A stretch of 39,285 nucleotides of DNA from an uncultured Chthoniobacterales bacterium (GCA_964196045.1 CAXMRH010000153.1:1-39285); one strand, 5' to 3'. Shown: positions 1 through 8,650, counted from the stretch's first letter. Numbers and translations: made by a program. Notes: generated from the letters alone by a model not told the origin.

Positions 1-122
1 TCGTCTTTGGTGTCGAATGCGACCGTTCCGCGGTCGAACCACTTTCTGGTAAGGGCGCCCGCGCCAGTGGCGAGTTCGACCGCGAGGTCGACGAGGCTCT
101 GTTCTACATCTGGCGCAGTCAC
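1..122 (-). CDS. Inositol monophosphatase-family protein, N-terminal fragment running off the window edge
   Basis: Hand translation of the minus strand from GTG at 122 gives VTAPDVEQSLVDLAVELATGAGALTRKWFDRGTVAFDTKD. This resembles the N-terminal helix and first strand of IMPase/SuhB/CysQ-like proteins. It is too short to be sure and is not in the ORF track. Confidence 0.3.
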   Translation of the reverse strand, partial: MTAPDVEQSLVDLAVELATGAGALTRKWFDRGTVAFDTKD

Positions 123-147
123 GGCAGACAAGCCTACTGAATTGCCG

Positions 148-1203
148 TCAAGAGCCTCCATGTCCGGCGGAGAAGGATGTGGTGTTCAGGGTCCCGGCAC
201 GTTCGTGGTAATTGCAGATCCACGCGTCCATTTCCACCCAACAGTCGAAGAGCCAGTCGATCTGTGCGCTTGGATCGGTCGGGATTGTGCTGCGAGCGAA
301 TCGCCATGCCCGAACGGCGACTGCATGGTCGGCGCCAAGGTTCGCCAATATCTGACCGATGGTGCCAAACGGTTCGAATCCGGCGTGGCCAAGCATGATC
401 ACATCTGCGTCTGGGGCTCCATCGAGCAGCGCCAAGGTGCCCGCAGGGTGGGGTGGGAGCAGGTACTGCATCTGTTGGGCAGCGGCGACGTGGTCCGGGT
501 CTCGCTCCTCGAGGTGGGCGATGGCTCGTGCCTTGCGGGTCTCGTTGAAGAACGTTCCCTCGGGGAAGATCACCCCAACCGAGTTCTCATCGATCCGAGT
601 TGCCAGATGTCGTATTGGCTCGAGGACGGCGTCGAGGTCTTGTGGCGCCCTTGTGACGAAGACGTGGCCCATGCGATGTCCGACGATGTCGATGTTCGGC
701 TCCCAACGAAGGTCTTCCTTGAGCGTGTAAAGGGCCGTCAGCCCGAGGTTGCCGAAGAGAACCGAGGGGTACACGGCATCAAGGAGGCTTCGATGCCTAC
801 TGACCACGATCGCATTGCCGGCGAGGAGGGTTTCGTCGAGCTCCGAGGTGTCGAACGGCAGAGGCACGATCCGCGAGATCGTGTTGATCAGCCTGTTCGT
901 CCACCAGGTCATGATCGATCGGTAGCGTGCTTGGCTCTTCGGCCGCATGACTCGGAGGCCGAAAGGTGAAATGAGCCACGCGCCGAAGACGACAACTCGA
1001 CCGATCAGGTCAACTAGAAAGAGCGTCGAAAGTAGGAGAACAACCCTCGACCGGCGCATACCGGGTGTCCTGGTGGTGAGATCGGCAAGAGCTGCGAGTA
1101 CAAGCGCGATCGGTCCCACGCTCAACGAAAGGAGACTCCCGATGACGAGCGCGACCAGACCAAGAGGCCGCCGGATCCATGTGCGAGGTACACCTTTTGA
1201 CAC
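148..1203 (-). CDS. Lysophospholipid / 1-acyl-sn-glycerol-3-phosphate acyltransferase family (PlsC-like), with N-terminal TM segments
   Basis: 351-aa ORF. It has the HX4D acyltransferase motif (VVSRHRSLLD) and the FPEGT motif (VIFPEGTFF), plus a hydrophobic N-terminus. Confidence 0.75.
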   Translation of the reverse strand: MSKGVPRTWIRRPLGLVALVIGSLLSLSVGPIALVLAALADLTTRTPGMRRSRVVLLLSTLFLVDLIGRVVVFGAWLISPFGLRVMRPKSQARYRSIMTWWTNRLINTISRIVPLPFDTSELDETLLAGNAIVVSRHRSLLDAVYPSVLFGNLGLTALYTLKEDLRWEPNIDIVGHRMGHVFVTRAPQDLDAVLEPIRHLATRIDENSVGVIFPEGTFFNETRKARAIAHLEERDPDHVAAAQQMQYLLPPHPAGTLALLDGAPDADVIMLGHAGFEPFGTIGQILANLGADHAVAVRAWRFARSTIPTDPSAQIDWLFDCWVEMDAWICNYHERAGTLNTTSFSAGHGGS

Positions 1204-1295
1204 CGCAGGAATCGTATTGCGGTTCTCGGTCGCTGTAGCAATCGCGACCCCCGTGTCATGAATAGGGATACACGTACATATGCGGGTTTACTGTT

Positions 1296-2882
1296 GTGGT
1301 GACGTCGCTTGTCGACACCTTGGCTAGTCGTTGGCGTTCGGGGTTCCGGCGTCAACTTGACGATCTTGCGCAGATCCCGAGGCCAAATCTCGGTGATCTG
1401 ACCGGGGGTATCAGCGTTGCGCTCGTCCTCATTCCCCAATCGCTCGCCTACGCCGGGCTCGCTGGGCTACCGCCGCTACTCGGACTCTTCGCTGCTGCAT
1501 TTCCGCTTCTGGTCTTTTCGGTCTTCGCGTCGTCACCATTCCTACAGACCGGGCCAGTGGCTCTGACCAGCCTGCTAACCGCCGGTGCGCTGGCTGGTGC
1601 CGGACTCGAACCGCAGACCGAGGCGTACATAGGCGCGGCGGCGATTTTGGCGATCGTGGTTGGCGTGACTCGTGCGATCATTGGTCTGGCCCGGCTTGGG
1701 TCGATCGTGTATCTGATGGCTGAGCCCGTGACGATCGGCTTCACGGCTGGCGCTGGCGTCGTGATCTTGTCCTCGCAACTGCCCCGCGCCTTAGGAGCGA
1801 AACTCCCAGAGAACGTGACCGGGTGGAGCAACCCAATCGCTCGCGCGGCATGGGCCTTGGTCCACCCAGGTTCGTGGACCTTCGCCGCTCTTGTGATCAG
1901 CGCTATCACCCTGCTGCTCGTGTTGCAGGGCCGAAAGGTGCACAGGCTCTTTCCAGGCGTGCTGGTTGCGGTCGTTCTAGCTCTCGTGTACTCACGACTG
2001 TTCGACTACGTCGGCGCGGTGATACCTGACATCGAGGCGGGTCTCCCTACCTGGAGCTTGGATCTGCCGTGGAGTTCGACCGGGTCATTGATCATGGGAG
2101 GTTTGGTCATCGCACTCCTCGGGTTCGCCGAGCCTGCGTCGATCGCTCGGACTTTTGCGAACGAAGACCAGACTCGGTGGGCGTCATCGAGAGAATTCTT
2201 CGCCTCAGGTTTGGCGAATGTCGTCTCAGGGCTCACCGGCGCGTATCCCGTCGGAGGGTCGTTCTCTCGAAGCTCCGTGAATCGGCTAGCGGGAGCGGAG
2301 ACACGGCTGAGCGGAGCTGTCACAGGCTTGATCGTCTTGGCTTTCCTTCCATTCGCCGGTCTGCTCGACGAGCTACCAGAGGCGGTCCTCGGAGCGATTG
2401 TCGTTGGGGCCGTGGTAAGTCTGATCAAGCCGAAGCGGTTGCTTCGATTGTGGACTCGTTCCCCATGGCAGGCGGCTCTGGCGTGGATCACTTTCGTCGC
2501 TACTCTGCTGACACCACCCAACGTGCAATACGCCGTTCTGCTTGGTGTTGGAGCAGCTGCAGTCCTGCACTTCTGGCGACCATTCAGGCTCGAAGTTGAA
2601 TCGGGCAAAGACGGCTCGCTCCATTTGCGCCCCAGGGGGCTCCTGTGGATCGCAACAAACACGAAGTTCAAGGATGCGTTGGAGGAGGCGATCGATCACG
2701 ACGATGGCCATGGTTTGGTGACTGTCAGCCTCGACAGGAGCACGGCAATCGACGCCGCAATTGCCGATGCCGTCGTCGGTGGACAAGCTGCGGCTCAACG
2801 TGCCGGTAGGGAGTTCCGAGTGACGAATCCGCCAGAAGGTGGGCGGCCGATCCTCGAGAACTTCGACTTGGCCGTCGATTAA
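1296..2882 (+). CDS. SulP-family anion (sulfate/bicarbonate) transporter with C-terminal STAS domain
   Basis: 528-aa polytopic ORF. The N-terminal signature GGISVALVLIPQSLAYAGLAGLPP is typical of SulP, and the soluble C-terminal tail of about 100 aa is consistent with STAS. GTG start. Confidence 0.85.
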   Translation: MVTSLVDTLASRWRSGFRRQLDDLAQIPRPNLGDLTGGISVALVLIPQSLAYAGLAGLPPLLGLFAAAFPLLVFSVFASSPFLQTGPVALTSLLTAGALAGAGLEPQTEAYIGAAAILAIVVGVTRAIIGLARLGSIVYLMAEPVTIGFTAGAGVVILSSQLPRALGAKLPENVTGWSNPIARAAWALVHPGSWTFAALVISAITLLLVLQGRKVHRLFPGVLVAVVLALVYSRLFDYVGAVIPDIEAGLPTWSLDLPWSSTGSLIMGGLVIALLGFAEPASIARTFANEDQTRWASSREFFASGLANVVSGLTGAYPVGGSFSRSSVNRLAGAETRLSGAVTGLIVLAFLPFAGLLDELPEAVLGAIVVGAVVSLIKPKRLLRLWTRSPWQAALAWITFVATLLTPPNVQYAVLLGVGAAAVLHFWRPFRLEVESGKDGSLHLRPRGLLWIATNTKFKDALEEAIDHDDGHGLVTVSLDRSTAIDAAIADAVVGGQAAAQRAGREFRVTNPPEGGRPILENFDLAVD

Positions 2883-2898
2883 CCACGGAAAACGAGCA

Positions 2899-2922
2899 GA
2901 GGCTCCGGCGAACCGGAGCCTC
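2899..2922. terminator. Perfect 10-bp GC-rich hairpin between the convergent SulP stop and the tRNA-Ser 3' end
   Basis: gaggctccgg-cgaa-ccggagcctc is a 10-bp stem with a tetraloop. No U-run follows on either strand, so terminator function is inferred from position only. Confidence 0.45.
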
Positions 2923-2929
2923 GTGCATC

Positions 2930-3023
2930 TGGCGGAGAGGGTGGGATTTGAACCCACGAGACGGGATAAACCGCCTACTCCCTTAGCAGGGGAGCGCCTT
3001 CGACCGGACTCGGCCACCTCTCC
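2930..3023 (-). tRNA. tRNA-Ser (anticodon GCU), CCA encoded
   Basis: The reverse complement reads GGAGAGGTGGCCGAGTCCGG...CCTGCTAAGGG...GGGTTCAAATCCCACCCTCTCCGCCA. It has a 7-bp acceptor stem, a long variable arm, the T-loop TTCAAAT and the anticodon loop CT-GCT-AA. Confidence 0.9.
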
Positions 3024-3102
3024 AGTTGCCCCAAGAGGTTATCGGTTTCGAGTCCGCGAACCGATTCGAACGCGGTCGGAAACATGGGGCTAAGTTCGGC
3101 AG

Positions 3103-3513
3103 ATGGTCAACCTCTCCCTCGTGTCACTCATCGTCCACGAGTATGACCCAGCGATCGAGTTCTTCGTTGACGTGCTTGGATTCGAGTTGGTGGAGGACTC
3201 GCCATCGACCACGAACGACGGACGCCCGAAGAGATGGGTGGTCGTGCGGCCTCCGAACGCGGAGACGGGACTACTTCTTGCCCGAGCCGACGGGGAGGAA
3301 CAGCAGGCCGCGGTCGGTCGGCAGATGGCTGGGCGCATCGGGTTCTTCCTCGAGGTGAACGATTTCGAGGCGATGTTTGATCGGATGGCGTCCGCTGGGG
3401 TCGAGTTCGTCGGGGAGGAACGCCGGGAGCCGTATGGTCGGCTCATCGTCTTTCGAGACATCGCAGGCAACACGTGGGATCTGCTCGGCCCCACCGGGAG
3501 CTCCGAATCGTAG
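3103..3513 (+). CDS. VOC-family protein (glyoxalase / bleomycin-resistance / dioxygenase fold)
   Basis: 136-aa ORF. It shows a typical single VOC module pattern (IVHEYDPAIEFFVDVLGFELVED ... GRLIVFRDIAGNTWDLL). Confidence 0.75.
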   Translation: MVNLSLVSLIVHEYDPAIEFFVDVLGFELVEDSPSTTNDGRPKRWVVVRPPNAETGLLLARADGEEQQAAVGRQMAGRIGFFLEVNDFEAMFDRMASAGVEFVGEERREPYGRLIVFRDIAGNTWDLLGPTGSSES

Positions 3514-3542
3514 GGCGATCCTCTGGCAACTCTTGATCTCAT

Positions 3543-4435
3543 GTGATCACCGAGACCCTCGCGCTTGTACCGGAGCTCGTGGTGCTGTTTTTCGGCGTCA
3601 CGTTTCTTGTGCAGCTATTCCAGCGCCGGATGGGCGTTCGCCCCCGGTCGCTGCATTAAAGGGCATCACGATCGGCTTCCTGACGCCGTTCTGCACCTTC
3701 ACGGCCATTCCGATGTTGATCGGTCTGCGCCAGGCTCGCGTGCCCGTGGCCGGGTAAGTGGCCTTCATCGTGGCCGCACCCGTGCTCGATCCGGTGTTTT
3801 TTGGTGCACTGGTCCTGATCGGCGGGGTGAAGGCAGTCATCAGCTACGTCGTCGTCGCCTTTCTTGCTGCGATGTCACTTGCGGCAATTGCCGAGCTGAT
3901 CGGGATCGAGCAACACTTCAAGAACATCGACACGTTCGATACAGACTCGTCCTGCGATGCTGGCACGGGCTGCGATGCAGTCTCATCCGGCGAGGGAGCA
4001 GAGACGTGGCTCGGGCTCCGATCTGAGTCCTTCGAGGCGGCCAGAAGTGCCGCGGTGCTGCTGCGAACGATGGCGCCACTGCTTCTTGCCGGAATCGCGC
4101 TCTCCTTGGTGATCGAGGCCGCCGTTCCAGCGGATGTGATGGCCCGTCTCATGGGTGCCGAGCCTCGTTTTTCGATCCCGATCGCGGCGGCTCTCGGCAC
4201 ACCGCTCTATGTCAGCACAGGCGTTTTCGTACCGATCGCTGACTCACTTCGAGGTGCGGGAGTCGGAGTGGGAGCGATCGTCGCTCTGACGATCGCAGGA
4301 GCCGGAGCGAACGTGCCGGAGTTTGTGATTCTGTCGAAACTTGCCAAGCCAAAGCTCATCTGCGCCTTCTTCACCTACGTGTTCGGTGTGGCGATCGTCG
4401 GTGGGCTTCTGGCGCAGGCTGTTGCCGCGACGTGA
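3543..4435 (+). pseudogene. UPF0718/ArsP-like permease disrupted by one frameshift (~3650) and one in-frame TAA (3755-3757)
   Basis: Three collinear pieces together make a normal-length permease of about 297 aa. Piece 1 is frame 3 from GTG 3543 (VITETLALVPELVVLFFGVTFLVQLFQRRMGV...). Piece 2 is frame 2 (LKGITIGFLTPFCTFTAIPMLIGLRQARVPVAG, then TAA). Piece 3 continues in the same frame (VAFIVAAPVLDPVFFGALVL... to 4435). The TPFC...IP motif is characteristic of the family. Only 3758-4435 is an intact ORF. Confidence 0.55.
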
Positions 4436-4520
4436 GTTTCATCCTGCCCCAGTAACGCATCTTTCGTCGCCATGTCGGGACTACTGGCTGGGTTTTGACG
4501 AACGGTGAGCGTTCTCGATT

Positions 4521-4610
4521 TGGCGGAGAGAGGGGGATTCGAACCCCCGGTGACCGTAAAGCCACAACGGTTTTCAAGACCGACGCAATCGTCCGCTCTG
4601 CCATCTCTCC
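4521..4610 (-). tRNA. tRNA-Ser (anticodon UGA), CCA encoded
   Basis: The reverse complement reads GGAGAGATGGCAGAGCGGACG...GGTCTTGAAAACC...GGGGGTTCGAATCCCCCTCTCTCCGCCA. It has a long variable arm and the anticodon loop CT-TGA-AA. Confidence 0.9.
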
Positions 4611-4720
4611 GCCCATGAGGATAGCGAGTGCTGCGCGATCCGCTCAGTCTCGTTAACGTCGGTCAGATGGACGCCGTCGAAGTGTGAGGCAACGAACCTG
4701 GGGACTACACTCTGCATACT

Positions 4721-4794
4721 GCGCTCGTAGCTCAATTGGATAGAGCATCTCGCTACGGACGAGAAGGTTTGGGGTTCGAGTCCCTACGAGCGCG
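4721..4794 (+). tRNA. tRNA-Arg (anticodon ACG), CCA not encoded
   Basis: GCGCTCGTAGCTCAATTGGATAGAGCATCTCGCTACGGACGAGAAGGTTTGGGGTTCGAGTCCCTACGAGCGCG. It folds as a cloverleaf with acceptor GCGCTCG/CGAGCGC and anticodon loop CT-ACG-GA. Confidence 0.9.
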
Positions 4795-4803
4795 CTGAGA
4801 AAA

Positions 4804-4820
4804 GTCGGGCTTCGCCCGAC
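4804..4820 (+). terminator. Hairpin immediately downstream of tRNA-Arg
   Basis: gtcgggc-ttc-gcccgac is a 7-bp stem lying 10 nt after the tRNA 3' end. There is no U-run. Confidence 0.35.
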
Positions 4821-4843
4821 ATCACGTCGGGAGTAATGTCTCG

Positions 4844-4905
4844 CTCGACACTTCCGGTCGAGATCCGCGGAAACCGACGTGGTCGCTACGCGAGCTTCGC
4901 TCTCG
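4844..4905 (+). repeat. Intergenic repeat 'L module', copy A
   Basis: Hairpin ctcgac-acttccg-gtcgag, followed by the palindrome tccgcgga and then aaaccgacgtggtcgctacgcgagcttcgctc. It matches the reverse complement of 27008-27066 at 47 of 49 positions, and 37313-37344 at 30 of 32. Confidence 0.8.
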
Positions 4906-4909
4906 CCAT

Positions 4910-5022
4910 GCCAGCTCCGGAGGGAGCGAGGGACGAACGACCGGGGCCCGCCTCGGGCGCGGCAGCGGAGCATCGAGGAGCGAAGCGACGGATTGCGACA
5001 GCTGGAGCGAGGAACGAGCGGG
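4910..5022 (+). repeat. Intergenic repeat 'R module', copy A, abutting the pheA stop codon
   Basis: gccagctccggagggagcgagggacgaacgaccgg...gagcgaggaacgagcggg. The first ~63 nt match the reverse complement of 26688-26800 at about 57 of 63 positions and the last 19 nt at 18 of 19. The centre is divergent. The element is bounded by the internal direct repeat GAGCGAGG(G)AACGA. Confidence 0.75.
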
Positions 5023-5026
5023 GGAC

Positions 5027-5875
5027 TCAGTTTTGATTGCGCCAATCGGACTTCGGGTAGGTGCCGAGTCGCTTCATCTTCGTGCAGAAGAACTGGAGTT
5101 CTTCGAAGGCGTTCGAGATTCTTGGGTCCGATGGGTGGCCCTCGACCTCCACGTAGAACTGAGCCGCGGTGAAACTCTGGTCGATGATGTAACTCTCGAG
5201 TTTCGTGATGTTCACTCCGTTCGTGGCAAACCCGCCAAGCGCCTTGTAGAGCGCACCAGGAACGCTGCGAGTTTCGAAGACCAGGCTGGTCATGGCCGGA
5301 CCCGCAAGTGGGTCGGGATCGATCGACGACCGTGACATGACGACCATACGCGTGGTGTTGCCCAGACGATCTTCGATGCGGCTTCGGAGAATCTGGAGCC
5401 CGTAGATTTCGGCGGCCAGTTCGCTCGCGATCGCACCGAAGCTCGGGTCGTTCCGTTCGGCGGCTTCCTTTGCCGCGCCCGCAGTGTCTCCGAAGTCCAT
5501 CGGCTCGAGTCCGAGCTCGCGGAAGAGCTCACGGCACTGTGCCAAGCCCTGCTCGTGTGACGCGACCGTCTTCAAGGTTTCGAGTGTTGCCCCCGGCGGG
5601 CCGAGCAGCTGGTGGCGTACCGGCTGGTAGTGCTCGCCGATGATGTAGAGGCTCGAGTCAGGCAACAGATGATGGATGTCGGCGACTCGGCCACCAAGGG
5701 TGTTTTCGATCGGGATCATCGCCAGATCGCAGTCGCCTTCTTCCACGGCTGCGAAGGCCTGGGAAAACGTGTCGTGGCCGACAGGCTCCATATCGGGGTA
5801 CGCGGTCGAGCATGCCACGTGGGAGTAGGCGCCAAGGACGCCTTGGAATGCGATGCGTTTTCGTTCAGCCACCAC
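5027..5875 (-). CDS. pheA: Prephenate dehydratase
   Basis: 282-aa ORF with the PDT domain (IAFQGVLGAYSHVA, ENTLGGRV) and a C-terminal ACT domain (TSLVFETRSVPGALYKALGGFATNGVNITKLESY). Confidence 0.9.
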   Translation of the reverse strand: MVAERKRIAFQGVLGAYSHVACSTAYPDMEPVGHDTFSQAFAAVEEGDCDLAMIPIENTLGGRVADIHHLLPDSSLYIIGEHYQPVRHQLLGPPGATLETLKTVASHEQGLAQCRELFRELGLEPMDFGDTAGAAKEAAERNDPSFGAIASELAAEIYGLQILRSRIEDRLGNTTRMVVMSRSSIDPDPLAGPAMTSLVFETRSVPGALYKALGGFATNGVNITKLESYIIDQSFTAAQFYVEVEGHPSDPRISNAFEELQFFCTKMKRLGTYPKSDWRNQN

Positions 5876-5955
5876 TTGACTCTACTGGCCGCGATCCAAG
5901 GCCCCCGAATCCACTTCGGTTCAGGACGGCCCTTCGGCATCGTGTGGTCGATGGT

Positions 5956-6738
5956 GTGAGATGGGTATTCCCTTGCCACGATGGTGCGGTGGATGAGACC
6001 GCGCTTCGAGCGCTGATCGAACAAGTTCGCTCTGGCGAGGCCAGCCCGGATGACGCCGTTGCGATGCTTCGAAGGCTTCCCTTTGCCGATCTCGATGACG
6101 CCAAGGTCGATCACCACCGTGCACTCCGCCAGGGTTTGCCCGAGGCCGTCTATGGCCCAGGCAAGACTCCCGAACAGTGTGTCGCCATCGTCGCCGAGCT
6201 GTTGTCGAACGGAGCCGGACCGGTTCTCGTCACTCGTGTCGCTGACGATCAGCGAGCCGCATTGACCACCGCCCACCTTGGGTCGACCTCCCACGGTGGC
6301 GTGATTGCATGGCGAACACCCGAGGTCAACAGTGAGTCTCGCGTGGCAGTGGTGACCGCGGGTACCGCCGATACGCCTGTAGCCGAAGAATGCGCGGCCA
6401 CCCTGCAGGCGTACGGGCTGGTGGTGGACCGCGTCAGCGATGTAGGAGTCGCCGGACTGCATCGACTGCTCGCGGAACTTGATCGGCTCACCTCCGCCGA
6501 CGTCGTGATCGTGATCGCTGGGATGGAAGGAGCCCTGGCTTCGGTCGTCGGTGGGCTCTGCGCCGGGCCAGTAATCGCCGTACCCACGAGTGTCGGCTAC
6601 GGAGCTGGGCTCGAAGGCGTCACCGCATTGCTCGGCATGTTGGCGTCCTGTGCTGCTGGCGTGTCTGTCGTGGGAATCGACAATGGGTATGGCGCCGCGG
6701 TGAGCGCAATCCGATCCCTGTCACTGGCCAAGTCATGA
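5956..6738 (+). CDS. larB: Nickel-pincer cofactor biosynthesis protein LarB (PurE-like NaAD carboxylase/hydrolase)
   Basis: Key matches are LPFADLDDAKVDHHRALRQGLPEAVYGPGKTPEQ and the PurE-like core AVVTAGTADTPVAEE...IAGMEGALASVVGG. The start is uncertain: GTG candidates lie at 5944, 5956 and 5989. The ORF-track start at 5812 would overlap the divergent pheA and was rejected. Confidence 0.8.
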   Translation: MRWVFPCHDGAVDETALRALIEQVRSGEASPDDAVAMLRRLPFADLDDAKVDHHRALRQGLPEAVYGPGKTPEQCVAIVAELLSNGAGPVLVTRVADDQRAALTTAHLGSTSHGGVIAWRTPEVNSESRVAVVTAGTADTPVAEECAATLQAYGLVVDRVSDVGVAGLHRLLAELDRLTSADVVIVIAGMEGALASVVGGLCAGPVIAVPTSVGYGAGLEGVTALLGMLASCAAGVSVVGIDNGYGAAVSAIRSLSLAKS

Positions 6739-7898
6739 CCACCACACTTTGGATTCACCCGTTCAACGGGATCGCTGGCGATATGACGATGGGGGCGTTG
6801 ATCGACGCTGGCGCCGATGTCGAGCAGGTTCGTGCGGATCTCAAGTCTCTCGACGTCGAGGGTTGGAGCCTCAACGCTGAACCGGTCTTCCGCAACGGGA
6901 TCGGTGCCGTCAACGTGACCGTGGAGGCGAACGAAGGGCATGTACATCGCACGGCTGGCGACATCATCTCCCTTGTGTCGAACGCGGGCCTTCCTCCGCG
7001 AGTAGTCGAACGGGCGCGAGCCGTATTCGCTGCTCTGGCAGAGGCCGAGGGCCACGTCCACCGAGAGAACCCCTCGTCCGTACATTTCCACGAGGTCGGC
7101 GGGATCGATGCCATCATCGACGTGGTTGGGTCATGTCTGGCTCTGGAACAGCTCGGCGTCGAGCGAATCGTCGTAGCGCCTGTTGCTGTTGGTCAGGGGA
7201 TTGCCAAGAGTGCGCACGGTCTGATTCCGAATCCAGCTCCTGCGACCGTCCGGCTGCTCGAAGGTGTGCCCGTTCGCGGACTCGACCTGCGCGTCGAACT
7301 CACCACTCCAACGGGCGCGGCAATCGTGTCTGCCTTGGCGGACCATTACGGGCCGATGCCGGCGATGACGGTCACTGCCTCCGGCTTCGGCGCTGGCGAT
7401 GCAGACCTCGCCGACCACCCCAACCTTTTGCACGTCGTTCTCGGTGAAGGCGAGGAGGTCGACCACCAGGACCTCGTCGTTCTCGAGGCGAATGTTGATG
7501 ACTTGAGCGGTGAGTACCTCGCCCACGCCGTTACAAGATTGCTCGACGAAGGCGCGCTTGACGCCTGGATCACTCCAATCGAGATGAAACGCAGACGTCC
7601 CGCAGCCCTCATCTCAGCCCTCGTGCCACCCCAGTTGATAGATCGCGTCAGCCACGTATTGATTTCCGAGACGGGCTCTATCGGCTACCGGGCACACGGG
7701 GTCGACCGACAGGCCATCCCTCGCGATGTTGGCGAGGTCGTCGTCGATGGCTTCACGATTCGGATCAAGGTCACCAACTACACACACAAGGCCGAGTTCG
7801 CCGATGTCGTGCTCGCTGCGCGTGAGCTCGACCGGCCAGCGCGCCAAATTGCCGATGAGGCCGAAGCCACCTGGCGCGCCATCGACACCTCGACCTGA
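6735..7898 (+). CDS. larC: Nickel insertion protein LarC (DUF111 family)
   Basis: 387-aa ORF. The N-terminus LWIHPFNGIAGDMTMGALIDAGAD is the LarC/DUF111 signature. The ATGA overlap with the larB stop implies translational coupling. Confidence 0.85.
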   Translation: MTTTLWIHPFNGIAGDMTMGALIDAGADVEQVRADLKSLDVEGWSLNAEPVFRNGIGAVNVTVEANEGHVHRTAGDIISLVSNAGLPPRVVERARAVFAALAEAEGHVHRENPSSVHFHEVGGIDAIIDVVGSCLALEQLGVERIVVAPVAVGQGIAKSAHGLIPNPAPATVRLLEGVPVRGLDLRVELTTPTGAAIVSALADHYGPMPAMTVTASGFGAGDADLADHPNLLHVVLGEGEEVDHQDLVVLEANVDDLSGEYLAHAVTRLLDEGALDAWITPIEMKRRRPAALISALVPPQLIDRVSHVLISETGSIGYRAHGVDRQAIPRDVGEVVVDGFTIRIKVTNYTHKAEFADVVLAARELDRPARQIADEAEATWRAIDTST

Positions 7899-7924
7899 TC
7901 GCGCGCCGAAGCAGCGGCCGTACG

Positions 7925-8650
7925 ATGAAACTTGTGAATGACGACCGCTTGTACTTTCGTCAGCTGCTATCGGGGCGCGACTTCGCCCAGGCTGACCCCT
8001 TCGCACAACAGATGGTCAACTTCGTCTACCTGATCGGCGATCGGGAGACGCGAGAAGCTGTCATCGTGGACCCTGCCTACGACCCGAAGGGAATCCTCGA
8101 CATCCTCGAGGCCGATGACATGAGCTGTGTTGGCATGCTGGGGACGCACTATCACGCGGACCACGTGGGTGGATCCATGATGGGTTTGCAGGTCCCAGGC
8201 GCAGCGGAGTTGCTCGGGCACACGAGTGTTCCTTTGCACATCCAGGTGGACGAGGCCGACTTCGTGAAAACGGTGACCGGCCTCGAAGATACCGATCTCG
8301 TGCAACACGACGGCAGTGGTTCGATCGACGTCGGAGCAATCCAAATCGAACTCCTGCATACACCCGGCCACACACCCGGTTCCCAGTCATTTCTTGTGCA
8401 GAACCGTCTGGTCGCCGGAGACACACTGTTTCTGCAGGGCTGTGGGCGGACCGACCTACCAGGCGGCGATCCGGCACGACTGTACGACAGCCTGACAACA
8501 GTTCTCTCGAAGGTGCCAGACGACGCCATATTGTTTCCCGGCCATCAATACTCTCCAGCGCCGTTCGCATCGATGGGCGAGACGCGGGAACAGAACATGG
8601 TCTTCGCACCGAAGACCGCTGAGCAGTGGATGTCGATGTTCGGGAGTTGA
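7925..8650 (+). CDS. MBL-fold metallo-hydrolase (glyoxalase II-like)
   Basis: 241 aa, with the HxHxDH motif (THYHADHVGG) and the downstream His motif (HTPGHTPGS). Confidence 0.85.
   Translation: MKLVNDDRLYFRQLLSGRDFAQADPFAQQMVNFVYLIGDRETREAVIVDPAYDPKGILDILEADDMSCVGMLGTHYHADHVGGSMMGLQVPGAAELLGHTSVPLHIQVDEADFVKTVTGLEDTDLVQHDGSGSIDVGAIQIELLHTPGHTPGSQSFLVQNRLVAGDTLFLQGCGRTDLPGGDPARLYDSLTTVLSKVPDDAILFPGHQYSPAPFASMGETREQNMVFAPKTAEQWMSMFGS

Noticed and set aside
7-969. 320-aa plus-strand ORF covering the start of the window
   Set aside because: It is antisense to the acyltransferase gene (148-1203), which has clear HX4D and FPEGT motifs. Its Arg/Ala/Ser/Gly-rich composition is typical of shadow ORFs in high-GC DNA.
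3755-3757. In-frame stops in the permease (TAA) and the HNH gene (TAG, about 36825) as programmed recoding, selenocysteine or pyrrolysine
   Set aside because: Neither stop is TGA and no SECIS-like hairpin was seen. Both genes also carry a frameshift, which fits decay better than recoding. No pyl genes lie in the window.
4836-5172. Small ORFs (66-130 aa) across the tRNA-Arg/pheA spacer. Similar ORFs lie at 26665-26919 and 22639-23094, and their translations resemble each other (e.g. APEG-RDERPG-ASGAAAEH).
   Set aside because: The protein-level similarity is a by-product of translating the L/R and 57-bp DNA repeats. The ORFs lie on different strands relative to the repeat, lack start-site signals and overlap tRNAs or hairpins. 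They are treated as repeats, not CDS.
5812-5955. Long N-terminal extension of larB as given in the ORF track
   Set aside because: It would overlap the divergent pheA coding region by more than 60 nt. The extension (MPRGSRRQGRLGMRCVFVQPPLDS...) is not LarB-like.
5716-6462. 248-aa minus-strand ORF
   Set aside because: It is antisense to larB and has no recognisable motifs. It is a shadow ORF.
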